DNA from: Thecamonas trahens ATCC 50062
Taxonomy: Eukaryota; Protista; Apusomonadida
Direction: 5' to 3'
Length of the DNA stretch: 64,000 bases
Assembly: GCF_000142905.1 (NCBI RefSeq)
Contig: NW_013657650.1
Span: 66,279-130,278 of the forward strand
Of the stretch, positions 44,101-53,574 are shown in pieces. The notes below the pieces were generated by a model that worked only from the letters and a program-made list of their open reading frames with translations, made no database searches and was not told the DNA's origin. The translations under genes were made by a program, and so were the position numbers. How positions within the stretch are numbered: position 1 is the first letter of the stretch; every line of letters starts with the position of its first letter.

Positions 44101-46105
44101 GGTCCGCAATCTTGCGGTTGTGGTCCTCGCGAGCCGTGGTCTCCGCAGCCAGCGCGTCAGTCGCGTTCTTGGCTGCGCTTTCAGCTTCAGCCCGTGTGGC
44201 CTCGAGCTGAGCCTCCAGCTCGGCACGTGCAGCACGCGACTTGTTGAGCGCCTTCTCCAGCTTGCCCTCCAGCTTGGACCGCTCCTCCAACTCGGCCGCG
44301 TGCTCGATCTGCTGCGCAGACCATTGTTCCTTGACAACGTTGAACGCGTTGGCTGCCACTGCCAGCTTGTCGTTGTACTCGGCCACCTCGGCCTCGTGGG
44401 CAGCCTGCGCTTCGGTCACCTCGCGCTCAAGCGTCTTGTGGGCTTTGGCAAGAGCGTCGTACTCGGCTTGGACACTCGCCAGCTTGCTGTTAGCGGTGTC
44501 AAGTTGCCGCATCAACTCTGGCTCAAGCACCATGCCCGATTGGCGGAGCGCGAACGTGGTCGACGCCGGAGCGTTGGTCTCGTCAACCGCCGACGCCAGC
44601 TCGTCAATCCTGGTCTCCGACGACTGCAGCTGCCTACGGAGCTTGGCAATCTCGCGCTCGTGTTGCTTGCACCGCCGGCACTCGTCCGGCTGGTGTGGTG
44701 GGGCCCGCAATGGAGCACCGAGCGGAAGCGAGCCACGCCGCTGGGTCAACCGCGACCGGGTCGCCGGATCGATCTGGCCTGCCGCGTGGTCAGGCATCGA
44801 CCGGTTAAGGCTCGAGATCGATGGTGAGCGCGACCGCCCGCGCAGGCTCGAGATCGAGCGCTCTCTCTCGGGCGCCATCGGCGAGCGCGCTCTGGCCAGC
44901 GCCGCGTGCAGCCGCGAGTTGGTCAAATTGAGCGAGTGGCCCGACGAGTTGAGCCGTGACCGTCGTGCCGGCGATGGCGATGCCATCCGCGAGCTCGACC
45001 CAGCCTTGATCGGTGAGGCTGGTGGTGAGGCCAGCCCGATTCCCGAACCATTGCTTGCCGTCTCGGCAACGGTATCCGTGGACCTATCTGCGCCTGTGCC
45101 AGCGGCGCCAGCGGCGCCAGCGGCGGCCTTCTCGCGGACGGCAGTCGAGAGCTCCGGCCGCTCGCCCCAGCGTCGACGCACATCGCCGGTGGTCTCAAGC
45201 ATCTCGTCGCGGTTGGGCGAGGTGTACCATGAAAGAAACTCGTCAAACGTGACCGTACCCGAGTTGTCGCGGTCAAGCAGACTCATGACAGCTGTCATGG
45301 CCTCGTCGGTCACATCGTAGCCGCAGTCGACAAGATACTGGCGAAACTCAGCCTCGTCCATAATGTTCGAGCCGTCGGTGTCGTAGTAGTCAAAGATGTG
45401 GCGGACTTCTTCGCGAGACCTCGTGTGGTCACGGAAGAACTCAACGTAAGTCATGACCGACAGCTTGTCGGGCTTGTGTGAGACGTCTGCGGCATCGAAC
45501 ATGATGGGAATGTCGAACGCATCGTGAGCCTTCTGAAGCGCGAGCTTGAGGTTGCCCTCGGCATCGTTTGGGTCGAGCGCGTCGTAGTCGATGAGTGACG
45601 GGTTGAGGTGGTGGACGAGAGCGCAGAGGACCATCCCGTTCTGAAAGTTGGTGGTAAAGTTGCGGACCGGGCAGCAGGCGTAGCCGTGCAGCTCTTCGTT
45701 AATCCACGCCAGCAGCGTTTTTGAGACCGACACGCCGTCGGCTCTGATGTGAAAGTGGCGAATCATGGACCAGACAAGGCCGAGGACCATCTTGCGGTCG
45801 CCGTTCCTAACCGACTCGACCGAGCACGAGACGACCACGCCCTCCTTGCCCAGCACATCAAGCGCAAGGGCCACATTCTCGCGCTGATGCATCGGCGACG
45901 TTGGGTTCTTCCGGTGTTTGGGCATGGGTGCGCCCATGAGAATCTCCAATGTATTGATGAGGATGGAGCCGTCGGCCAAGTCGCGCGCCAAGTCGGTCAC
46001 CTCCAACGACCTGCACGCAAGCACGGCGTTGAGCCACCGGGTGAACGCCCGCTCCTGCTTCAGCTCCCACTCGCCGAGGTTGTTCTTCCCCCGCAACGAC
46101 GACAT
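38198..46105 (-). CDS. 2635-aa actinin-type actin-binding protein: tandem CH domains + EF-hand pair + giant coiled coil
   Basis: QERAFTRWLN, DLADGSILINTLEIL, LGLVWSMIRHF, NFTTNFQNGMVLCALVH and PDKLSVMTYV (CH1-CH2). EF-hands are DTDGSNIMDEAE and DRDNSGTVTFDE. More than 2000 aa of coiled coil follow. Confidence 0.92.
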   Translation of the reverse strand: MSSLRGKNNLGEWELKQERAFTRWLNAVLACRSLEVTDLARDLADGSILINTLEILMGAPMPKHRKNPTSPMHQRENVALALDVLGKEGVVVSCSVESVRNGDRKMVLGLVWSMIRHFHIRADGVSVSKTLLAWINEELHGYACCPVRNFTTNFQNGMVLCALVHHLNPSLIDYDALDPNDAEGNLKLALQKAHDAFDIPIMFDAADVSHKPDKLSVMTYVEFFRDHTRSREEVRHIFDYYDTDGSNIMDEAEFRQYLVDCGYDVTDEAMTAVMSLLDRDNSGTVTFDEFLSWYTSPNRDEMLETTGDVRRRWGERPELSTAVREKAAAGAAGAAGTGADRSTDTVAETASNGSGIGLASPPASPIKAGSSSRMASPSPARRSRLNSSGHSLNLTNSRLHAALARARSPMAPERERSISSLRGRSRSPSISSLNRSMPDHAAGQIDPATRSRLTQRRGSLPLGAPLRAPPHQPDECRRCKQHEREIAKLRRQLQSSETRIDELASAVDETNAPASTTFALRQSGMVLEPELMRQLDTANSKLASVQAEYDALAKAHKTLEREVTEAQAAHEAEVAEYNDKLAVAANAFNVVKEQWSAQQIEHAAELEERSKLEGKLEKALNKSRAARAELEAQLEATRAEAESAAKNATDALAAETTAREDHNRKIADLSTELKNCQMSQEAAQAELASVREELRSEEQVRSKSEVELRVLREQCDEAKAELAGVLKSASERKERIKQLEAELDASYEERSRLEAKVEELAQVETKLVATVAAQREHGSMQKAVQGDLAAVRQELQRTEQARSQLEVEHRVLREHHESARAKLASTEASAKDQVAELERVREEVGLLCQQLQGKDAEVRVLQSHQAEARAELERMQKSLDERADRVAALEAKLDNSLDDRTELQQQIAELQVQAREAKSRAAAAEARAIELEDEAEATSMALEASTASLEESSQLARTEAESAQRELRELRARIESLEKVRQADAARAEHEAEARLAAERKLEHAKAECEAAEQALADRVARVDVLEARVDASLDERNELQQQIVELKAAVRETGAAKDADAAHVAQLQAAAQAAEAARVRGHDELTRTRAEYKAKLEAAEEAHGRIVARAEREEAARLEAEARLAAAASEHAETQQRLERAEAERRAAEASLEERLARVETLEAKLDTSLDERQSLQDKVAELQSALHTAQQDARVAEARVIELHEESEARVAALEASTASLEEVSRVARSEVEAKLEAAHAEVESLRGKLATAGETHAETQRQLERAEAEQRAAEASLEERLARVETLEAKLDTSLDERQSLQDKVAELQSQIREAEKKTLHLEAQQASSEELIAMVKRDRADVVTRLEAEIAALKGRLAEQEHDAAKVQTKMDALEAELTSERQAHAEVANDLRASVSEREAELATRRTECSELQLQLEALQREIAVTEDAAKHAADELDECRAELEAVQLARSTAECKVEELASELRQSLAAAADAKTELAGCRQELADAGEAQKAIAVRLAEAEAELERERAAHAHTLEQQTADVALLESVRAEKTELVRERDVLKLELGTLSEARTRDARVQQGVREDLEQGLAEAQAERATVEATLGKRLAAAEQASEAASRERDEAKAELATVSVLMARETEAHGETKAELAIIAERARELQTEVSSTSEKCEQIARERDVARVELATTTEARERERRVQDVVRKELEEALGKAKARCETLDQERQDLERRAIELEVLAASAANAAAVAEADRDQRVAENEVEVKAVREQLIAEKETEIKAVREQLVAEKESEIKAVREQLVAEREASVQAVHEQLVAEKETEIKAVREQLVAERKAEMKAMREQLVAEKESEIKAVREQVVVEKETDIKVVREQLVAEHRAEHEQLVAEKETEIKAVREQLVAEKESEINAVREQVVVEKETEIKTVREQLVAEKESEINAVREQVVVEKETEIKTVREQLVAEHRAEHKQLVAEKETEIKAVREQLVAEKESEINAVREQVVVEKETEIKTVREQLVAEHRAEHEQLVAEKETEIKAVHEQLVAEKESEINAVREQVVVEKETEIKTVREQLVAEHRAEHEQLVAEKETEIKAVHEQLVAEKESEIKAVREQLVAEHKAAHEQLVAEKESEIKAVREQLVAEKESEIKTVREKLITEHEAAREQLASEKEAQIQALREQLASQTRVTALAEDDLATASRRLETAVRSLDATSARVTKLEAKLDAAHDARSKQQAQIAALQDELQAAEQARIHAEVSASSAAERESVLAEEQTAHRAHVNDALAKAEAKIAELTTQLERGAFLETQLSSTTKAHKSLLAEYEAFKAEHAVYADVQAKLETALRTKNAEWARQYEALMGEHSHLGLKYDAHKVRYMEIKHKYIAARDRIMEAVRTAENRKDAEYAEQVHTALDSVARAEADRAQAQADARRFSGELGDANDTIARLTADLASYRHKAETAHARYETLLAKLIHYEKHVVPELKLEVQAAQVAVVEEAKRKDVNHTYLDKVIHDKHALERQLADAKNTIALFEAHQPASPLARKSRERRPAEESGGPSRGPDGPASLEKPASPKAPSQMTIDTLKTQLRNERAEHAKAKALVLSLQHQLAVAVKHVSAASSSPLAPTPSLPSLKRTRRRVRRTHSAAE
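39690..40850 (-). repeat. Coding tandem array of 45-nt and 33-nt units with a 168-nt higher-order unit
   Basis: EQLVAEKESEIKAVR (15 aa) and EQLVAEHRAEH (11 aa) units repeat with near-identical DNA. Confidence 0.92.
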
Positions 46106-46326
46106 GCCTCGCCGCCCTGCTCTGCTCGTCTGCGTGGAGTGTAGCCGGTAGTGCTTTACCCTCCCCGTCCCTTCCCCGTGGCGTGGCGTTTGTGCGCGAT
46201 GAAGTTCGGCTGGAAACGGAGCCTAAACCGAAGCTGATGCGCCGAGCCTCCCACCCACGCCCACTCTCATCACACACATACTCACACAGTGTCATTAATT
46301 ATGCAACTTGGGCGTAGTTTCACCCG

Positions 46327-47502
46327 CTACGATGTGGCAGCTGTGGTCGACTCGAGAACAAGCACGATCGGGAGATGGTCCGAGCCGACGACAGAGGCAG
46401 GACGGATGATCGAGGCGTGGACCCGCGGCAGGGCGTGCTCCGAGACCACAAAGTGGTCCAGCCTCCATCCGATGTTGCGCGGACGGGCGCCGCGGACCCG
46501 ATACGAGTAGAAAGAGTAGATCTGAGCATCCATGACGGCTGCGAGAGGGTGGTCGTCGGCGACCGTGTCGCGAAGCTTGCGGTACGTGTCGACAAGGCCG
46601 GCGCGGGCGCAGATGGCCTGGAACGAGTCCCGTTCCGCCGGGGAGAACCCTGGCTGGCTCTCCTTCTTCTCCGGGTTGGCCACATCGATGGCAAACGGCG
46701 CAACGTTAAGATCGCCGGTCCACACCACAGCCTTGCCCGGTGCAGCCTCCCGCAGCTGCTCGAGGTACGCGCCGAGCGCCGCATCCCAGACGTCGACTCG
46801 GCGGCCAAGTCGCACGAGCTTTGGCCCGGCGTTGGGCGTGTAAGTGGCGACCACGATAAAGTCATCAAACTCGGCCGCGACAAACCGCCCGTCGCTCTCG
46901 AGCTCGTGGCCGCCCATCTCGAGTTTGGTCGTCACATTGAGCCACGGGATCTTGGAGAGGAGCGCCACGCCCGATTGGCCCTTGTTGGCCGAAGGGACCC
47001 AGACAGCGTGCGGAAAGTGGCCGAGCCCTGCGGCAGCGACCGTGGCCGCAAACGCTTCCTCGTTCGCCACCGCTTCGCTGGCCAGCTTGAGCTCCTGAAG
47101 CGCGAGGACGTCTGGATCCTCGCTTGCCACATAGTCGGCCAGTCGCCCGTCGCGGGAGGCAGCCTTGAGCGAGTTGATGTTCCAGCTCACGATCTTGACT
47201 GTCCTTGCGCCCTCCGCCTGCTGAGCGCTGGGAATCGCCTCGAGCTCCAGTTCACTGTTGGTAGCCTCGGCCCGCCGCTTCTGATCCTCGGACATCGGTC
47301 GATCGGCTCCGCTCCCGGCCTTGCCTACCTTGCCCTTCTTACCCGCCTTGCTTCCCTTGCCCGACTTGATCCCTCCCGCTGCTGCTTCGCCACCACCGCC
47401 TGCTCCGCTTCGCAGCGCCCGGCGCCCACCAAGCGTCTTGCCCCGCTTCTCCGGTGAGCTCTTGTCCTTGGCCTCGGCCTCGGCCTTTCGTTTGCGCGGC
47501 AT
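46327..47502 (-). CDS. APEX1: Apurinic/apyrimidinic endonuclease (ExoIII/APE1 family)
   Basis: KIVSWNINSL, DPDVLALQELK, GVALLSK, TYTPNAG, GDLNVA, GWRLDHF and GSDHLPI, with a basic NLS-like N-terminus MPRKRK. Confidence 0.92.
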   Translation of the reverse strand: MPRKRKAEAEAKDKSSPEKRGKTLGGRRALRSGAGGGGEAAAGGIKSGKGSKAGKKGKVGKAGSGADRPMSEDQKRRAEATNSELELEAIPSAQQAEGARTVKIVSWNINSLKAASRDGRLADYVASEDPDVLALQELKLASEAVANEEAFAATVAAAGLGHFPHAVWVPSANKGQSGVALLSKIPWLNVTTKLEMGGHELESDGRFVAAEFDDFIVVATYTPNAGPKLVRLGRRVDVWDAALGAYLEQLREAAPGKAVVWTGDLNVAPFAIDVANPEKKESQPGFSPAERDSFQAICARAGLVDTYRKLRDTVADDHPLAAVMDAQIYSFYSYRVRGARPRNIGWRLDHFVVSEHALPRVHASIIRPASVVGSDHLPIVLVLESTTAATS

Positions 47503-47648
47503 GCCTCAACCAGTAGCGTCAGAGTCGACTGCTGACGACTAACGTTGGGGACGAGTAAAGGGACGCGGGCGTGTCGCCAGCGCTCGCCATGACAACAGCT
47601 GACGTCTATGCGATGAAACAGGTCACTCTCGACTTTACTCCCCATCGA

Positions 47649-48244
47649 TCACACGCCCCAGCCAATCTGGTTGGCGGCATACGACGACGAGCTCGAGCTG
47701 GACGACGAGCCAGAGCCTGTGCCAGATCCAGATCCAGTGCCAGTGCCAGAGTTAGAGACAGAGCCCGACGCCACGGCGGCAGCCGGCGCTGTGCCCGGAA
47801 CTGCTCCCGAGCCAGAGCCTGACGAGCTGGACGAGGACGAGCCGGATGAGCTGGATGAGACAGGCGGGGCCGTGGCGTCATGGACATGGGTGCCCAGGTC
47901 AACCTCACCATCGCGAGCAACGAAAACAGGGTCGGACGACGAGGTCGACGACGGGGTGTTGCCCATGGCGTCGCGGCGGGCGTTCTCCTCCTCGATCTGG
48001 TGAAGCTTGTTCTCTGCCTGGACCTTGTCGTAGTAGATGAAGCCGTAGACGATGCAAAAGACGACAGCAATGCCGGCCATAGTGCCAAAACCACCGCCAG
48101 CCGCTCGTCCTTGTCCACCTCCGAGTCGGACGAAGCTGCGGTGTTGGTCACCTCATTCTCGCCGGCCTCCTGCCCGATGACGCCAAGCACGAGCCACAGC
48201 CCCAGGAACATCAGTGCCAACTTCATAGTCTCCCTCATTGCCAT
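47649..48244 (-). CDS. Small single-pass membrane protein with Ser/Gly-rich tail (one frame break)
   Basis: Signal MKLALMFLGLWLVLGVIG. Adding one T at 48087-48090 gives the TM segment LAVVFGTMAGIAVVFCIVYGFIYY, continuing into ORF 47649..48080. Confidence 0.6.
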
Positions 48245-48332
48245 GCTGTGTGTTGGGGAGGAAGAGAGGGGGGGGGTGAGACGGGGGGGTGGACTTGGTT
48301 TCTGAGTGTAGGCAGCCAGGCACGCAGCCGGA

Positions 48333-48355
48333 CACACACACACACGCACACACAC

Positions 48356-48390
<35 letters not shown>
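48333..48390. repeat. (CA)n microsatellite
   Basis: Directly visible. Confidence 0.95.
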
Positions 48391-48392
<2 letters not shown>

Positions 48393-48967
48393 AATACATA
48401 TACAGGTAAGACTGTAGCATGTGCACGTACATCAGCTCAGGGTTGTCAAGATGGGTGAAATGTCTCAAGTGGGGTTGGGGGGTGGGGAAAGGGGGGGGGT
48501 GCGTGGGTGGCGGGGGAGTGAGTGGTGGATTGGCAGCCGAGGACAGTCAGTCACTGTGGACGGAGACAGAGCCGGGACGGGATGCGGTGGGGGGGGGGGG
48601 GGGGAGCCATGGGCCTGATTGTTTGAAAAGGGCGGAAGGATACAGAAGAGGAAGACGGGGAGGAAGAGGAGAGGGAGCATGGCGATGGAGAGTTGGTACC
48701 AATGGTTGCTGAAATGGCTTGAATGTTGCCCTTGGCCTTGCCCTTTGTCATCTTGGCCTATATGACCTCCATTGTGACCCCCCTGGACCCTGACCCCTGT
48801 CCCTTTCCTGCCCAGCTGGGGGGGAGGGGGGGGGGGGAGGGGGGGGGGGGAAGGGGGGGGGAGGGGAAGCACCCGGCCCCCAGCCACCAAACCACCACCC
48901 TCGCCCTCGCCCTCGCCCTCGCCCTCGCCCTCGCCTACAACCACTCCTCTCGGCGCCCCTGACATAC

Positions 48968-49921
48968 ATGGCTGGTGCGTACTTCAGGGAGAGAGAGAGA
49001 AAGAGGGTTCAGTCAGTGNNNNNNNNNNNNNNNNNNNNNNNNNNNNNNNNNNNNNNNNNNNNNNNNNNNNNNNNNNNNNNNNNNNNNNNNNNNNNNNNNN
49101 NNNNNNNNNNNNNNNNNNGAGTTGCGGCGGCGGCGGCGGTGGCGGCGATGGCGGGAGGTTCGGGCAAAAACCTGAGGTTTGGGCGGTGAGGGGGCAACAA
49201 GCACGGCGGGAGGGGGGGGGGGGGGGGGGGGGAGGGGGGGGGGAGGGGAAGGCACGGCGGAGAACTTATTACAGTTGCGGATACTGGGGAGACAGACGAG
49301 TACACGACAGTCAAGGCGACGTATGCGTACTCGGCCGCCAATGCGGATGAGCTCACGTTCAATGTTGGCGACCTGATGTACGTGTCGGACATGTCTGACG
49401 CCAACTGGTGGGTCGGCTTCCTCGGCGACGTCGAGGGTTTGATTCCGGCATCGTATGTGGAGATTGTGGAGGAGGCAGCGCCAGCAAAGCCTGCGGTCAC
49501 ATCGAGCGCGCCGGGCGGTCGCCCCGCCTGGAACAGGGGTGGGGGCGCAGCAGCGGGCGGCGGGGGCGGGCGGTCGTTCACGCCGGCAACAACCTCGGCG
49601 ATGGCGGTCACGTCGGGCGCGGCCAAGGAGGGCTTTATGAAGAAGCAGGGGAAGCTGCGCAGCAAGTGGGTCCAGCGGTGGTTCAAGCTCGAGGGCTCGT
49701 GCCTGGTCAACGGCAAGGATCAGTTCGCCACAAACACCAAGTCGTGGCTCCTGGACCGCTCCTCCTCGGTCCGGATCATGCGGCACCACGACCCGACCAA
49801 GCCGCCTGTTCTTGAGGTCCGCAACCCCAACTCGACTGGCCAGAAGTTGCGCTACTTCCAGGTCACCTCGGAGCAGGAAGCGCAAGAATGGGAGGCTGCC
49901 ATCCGGTCCGCCATCGGGTAG
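48968..49921 (+). CDS. SH3 + PH domain adaptor protein (probable 7-nt first exon; intron spans a gap)
   Basis: ATGGCTG|GTGCGT ... TTACAG|TTGCG at 49275 is phase-compatible. VKATYAYSAANADELTFNVGD..NWWVG..GLIPASYV is SH3, and KEGFMKKQG..WVQRWFKL..EWEAAI is PH. Confidence 0.85.
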
Positions 49922-50303
49922 CCGACTCCAGCCGGCCGCCTTCTCCACCCTCTCGCTCTCTGCCACACACACTCTCACTCTTCGCACCCACTTCACCCCC
50001 GTCGCCGCGATGGGCATTGCTGCCCATCGACATCGTCGGAACACCACGCAGGGTCACTGCTGTCCCGAGCCACCTCACCCCACACCACCACGTACCGCAG
50101 CCCTTCCCTATCACGTCAGCAACACCTCGCTGTCTGGCTCTGTACTTTGCACATCAAACACGCACACACGCCCGCGTCCGCCCGCCCGACCAGGTCGGCC
50201 AAGTCGGCCAAGTCGGCCCAGCCGTCCCCCTCCACCACACCCCACCTCGCCCCACACCCCACCAAACCACATCCCACCATCCACACCACCCACACCCAAG
50301 GGG

Positions 50304-52196
50304 ATGAGTCAACCTTCCGAGGTGGTGATTCTCTCGTCCCCTCCCCCTCCCTTCCCTTCCCCGGACATGTCGTCCATGGCGAGTCGGCGGGAACAGAGAC
50401 GAACACACGGTCTGTCGCCGCGGTCACACCGTCCCTCCCCTGCTCCTGCCCCTACTGCTCACGTTGCTGCTGCTGCTACATCGACTGGTGCTGCACTCGC
50501 TCCTCCTTCTGCTGCTGATCCCATGGCGGCGGCGGCGGCGGCTGCCCGGCGATACGAGTCTAACATGGCCAACCTCATCGCTGCCAATCAGTGCTTGTCC
50601 CCACCCGCAGCTCCGCTTACGGTCCCGTCTGTGGATCAACTTCCGACGAGCTCGGTGGCGCACCAAGTTTCCTCTGCTGCCGACTTGTCGCCGCTGGCCT
50701 CTACTGTCGCTGACGACGAGAAGCCCGACGACGACGACGACGACGACTCCGGCTCGACGTGCTCGATCTGCTTTGAGCCGTGGACCAACCAGGGCCGGCA
50801 CCGAGTGACCGCGACCAAGTGCGGACATTTGTTTGGTCGGGCGTGCATCCGCAAGTGGCTCTCGTCGCACTCGTCGTGCCCCACGTGCAAGAAGCGAATC
50901 CGTGCGACAGACCTGCGGTATTTGTACGTCACCAACATCTCTGTGGTGGACAATGCCGAGAAGGAGCGCGCGCTGCGGCTCATCTCCAAGTGCCGGTCAG
51001 AGAACGAGAAGATCAACCGCGAGCTCGGCAAGGTTCAGCTCGAGAACCGAAGCCTGGCAACCAAGCTCGAGGCGGCGCAGCGGGAGATTGTGGCGCTGAA
51101 GGCTATGATTGCTGAGAGACGGCCAGGAGCACATCCGCTTGCGGCGGCGGCAGGAACTGGTGGCCTTGCGCGCGCATCGACAGCGGGACTGCTCTTTGAA
51201 GAGGTGCTCTCGCTCCCGCTCTCACTGGCGGCGCGGGTGATGGACCTCTCGCCGGCCGGCGATGTGCTGCTGGTATCGTCCGCCAACGCGCGCGGGGCGG
51301 GCAAGGCGCACGGCTTTACGCGCATCTCGCTGGTCAACTCGCGGTTTCAGCAGTATGTGGGCGTGCATGACAAGGCTGTGCGCGACGTGGGGCTCTCGCA
51401 GCACGACCATGATCTCGTGCTCTCGGTCGGGTTTGACGCGCGAGCAACGCTCACCTCGCTGTCGGCCAACAGCCCGGTGCTGTCGTGTGTCCTCGACGGT
51501 GGCGGATGGTCCGCGGTGTGGCACCCGGAGCAAGGGCAGTACTTTGCGGTTGGCACCTCGTGCGGGACGGTGGCGCTGTTCGACACGCGTAAGACCAACG
51601 CGCCAACTCTGCATCTTGCGCTCCCGTCACGTCAGCCTGTGCACTCGCTCGCGTTTTCGCAGGTCGGCGATGACTTGGTTCTTCTCGCGGGCACGTGCTC
51701 GTCGGGCGTCTCGGCCATCCCGCTCGGGGCGACCGGGTTTGGGACGGCAGTGACGATCACACCGCCTTGCATCACGACGGCAGTGGCGGCGGGAAGCGGG
51801 ACGAGCAGCGTGCTACTCTCGTACCGTGCGTCGTCATCGTCGGGCCCGCTTGCGGCACATCACGAAGTGTACGGCCTCGAGCAAGCGACGCTCGCGTGGC
51901 AGTCGCAGACGACCCTCCCTGGTCCGGCGTCGGCGCGGGTGATGGCACGGCCGTCGCTATTTACACTCGGGGGTTGCCAGTTTGCTGCAGTGAGCAACGA
52001 GGCGGCGCAAACAGTCCAGGTGTGGGACGTGGCCAGGCAGCAGATGGTGCAAGAGCTTGCGTCTGGTCACACCTCGCCGGTCCTCGACACACGGGTGGAG
52101 AGTGACGGCTACGGCGGGCTGCTGCTTGGGGCGGTCTCGAGCTCACGGGCAATGCTCTACCGCTGGAACGGACAGCTCACGACAGAGGGGCAGTGA
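50304..52196 (+). CDS. RFWD3: RING-WD40 E3 ubiquitin ligase RFWD3-like
   Basis: CSICFEPWTNQGRHRVTATKCGHLFGRACIRKWL..CPTC RING, then a coiled coil and WD40 repeats (HDKAVRD, WSAVW). Confidence 0.9.
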   Translation: MSQPSEVVILSSPPPPFPSPDMSSMASRREQRRTHGLSPRSHRPSPAPAPTAHVAAAATSTGAALAPPSAADPMAAAAAAARRYESNMANLIAANQCLSPPAAPLTVPSVDQLPTSSVAHQVSSAADLSPLASTVADDEKPDDDDDDDSGSTCSICFEPWTNQGRHRVTATKCGHLFGRACIRKWLSSHSSCPTCKKRIRATDLRYLYVTNISVVDNAEKERALRLISKCRSENEKINRELGKVQLENRSLATKLEAAQREIVALKAMIAERRPGAHPLAAAAGTGGLARASTAGLLFEEVLSLPLSLAARVMDLSPAGDVLLVSSANARGAGKAHGFTRISLVNSRFQQYVGVHDKAVRDVGLSQHDHDLVLSVGFDARATLTSLSANSPVLSCVLDGGGWSAVWHPEQGQYFAVGTSCGTVALFDTRKTNAPTLHLALPSRQPVHSLAFSQVGDDLVLLAGTCSSGVSAIPLGATGFGTAVTITPPCITTAVAAGSGTSSVLLSYRASSSSGPLAAHHEVYGLEQATLAWQSQTTLPGPASARVMARPSLFTLGGCQFAAVSNEAAQTVQVWDVARQQMVQELASGHTSPVLDTRVESDGYGGLLLGAVSSSRAMLYRWNGQLTTEGQ

Positions 52197-53574
52197 GCGA
52201 GGCTGGGAGCAGCGGCAGCTTCGCGCGCCACCGCAGGCCGGTGACGGTGGCGGCGGCGAGGGTGGAGACGACAACGAGGGCCTTGGTGACGAGCCAGAGC
52301 GCCGAGCGCGTCGGCGGGACGGATGCGGCGCCGTACGGCTCGGGGATGTCAACAAAGTCTGGGAGCGGAACGCCCATGCGCGAAACAACGTCAAGCGCAG
52401 AACAGACGCCGTTCTCGAGGAGCGGCAGGCCGTAACGGGCGTAGGAGCCGGCCATCCACACGCCGCCGTCGCCTTGCAGGGCAGAGAGGCCGTTGGCAGC
52501 CTTGCTTGCGGTGGGGCACATGACTGGGCGTGAAAAGGTGGACGAGGTGATGACTGAGTCGGGCGCCGGATTTGCCAGCGGGTTCCAGGTCTGGAAGATG
52601 TTGACCTCGTGGTGGGCAAGAGCGGGATGGAGCTGGTTGAGCCACATGGTGGCCATGGGGCGCGGCGAGCCCGAGTCAGAGAGGAGGACGTTGATGGGCG
52701 ACCAGGCGGAGCGGTCGGCGGGCATGAGTGACGGATCTGTGTGGACGACAACGTCGGAGGTTTCGGAGCCCCAGAGCGAGAGGATGCTCTTGAGCTCGGG
52801 CGAGGGGTCCTGGAGGAGCTTGAGGACGTGCTCGGGCTGGGTGGCGATGATGACATGGTCAAACTCGACAGACTGGGCGTCGCCGCCGGCGATCGAGAAC
52901 TCAACGACGGGCTTGGTCTCGGTGCACCCGCGCTTGACAGCGGTGACGGCGGCGGAGCAATGGACGTTGGCGATGTTGGCGGAGAGGGCGGCGACAATGG
53001 CGTCTGTTCCGCCGAGAGCACGTTTGACGCCGCGGCCGCGGCCATTAGTAAAGGCGCCAACCACCATGTCTGCCGGGTACTGGCGCATGGAATCGATGTC
53101 GCAGGTCATGATGATGGCCATGATGGGGAAGAAAACGCGGTGCTGGAAGAGGTCCGAGTAGCCGCGGCTGTCGAGGTACTCGCCCATGGTCAGGCCGTCG
53201 AGGCGGCCGGCGTCAAGATCTAGCTTGGCCGACGAGATCCACCTGTAAAAGTCCTTGGCGACGGCCCAGCCCGAAGTGGAGAAGAGCGAGGCAAAAGGGA
53301 GATACGGGAGCGAGAAGGCGCCGATGAGCCAGTTGGCGTAGCGAAAGTAGACCTCGCCCGACTCGAGAGCCGAGTACGACGCGGCGTAGTTACACATCTC
53401 CCACTCGATGCCGAGTGAGGTCAGGATGGCCGCAAAGTTGCGATAGTGTCGCTCGTTGAAGACCCGGAACGGCACGTCGACCGTCACCTGGCCGTCCGCC
53501 GTCTCCACCGTGTGGGCATGCGCACCCATGCCAACTTCAGCCAGCGACTCAAACAGCGTCACCTCATGCCCATT
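52177..53574 (-). CDS. FAD-dependent oxidoreductase (amine-oxidase-like, COG2907-type); 5' exon missing in gap
   Basis: HEVTLFE..GMGAHAHT, VDVPFRVFNERHY.NF, FDHVIIATQ, VVHTDPSLMP and LQGDGGVWMAGSY..LLENGVCSA. The acceptor AG is at 53576-53575. The GxGxxG exon is not visible. Confidence 0.85.
   Translation of the reverse strand, partial: NGHEVTLFESLAEVGMGAHAHTVETADGQVTVDVPFRVFNERHYRNFAAILTSLGIEWEMCNYAASYSALESGEVYFRYANWLIGAFSLPYLPFASLFSTSGWAVAKDFYRWISSAKLDLDAGRLDGLTMGEYLDSRGYSDLFQHRVFFPIMAIIMTCDIDSMRQYPADMVVGAFTNGRGRGVKRALGGTDAIVAALSANIANVHCSAAVTAVKRGCTETKPVVEFSIAGGDAQSVEFDHVIIATQPEHVLKLLQDPSPELKSILSLWGSETSDVVVHTDPSLMPADRSAWSPINVLLSDSGSPRPMATMWLNQLHPALAHHEVNIFQTWNPLANPAPDSVITSSTFSRPVMCPTASKAANGLSALQGDGGVWMAGSYARYGLPLLENGVCSALDVVSRMGVPLPDFVDIPEPYGAASVPPTRSALWLVTKALVVVSTLAAATVTGLRWRAKLPLLPASLTAPLS

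Noticed and set aside
46327-47502. LINE element APE endonuclease
   Set aside because: It is a stand-alone APE1-type enzyme with an NLS-like extension and no reverse transcriptase.
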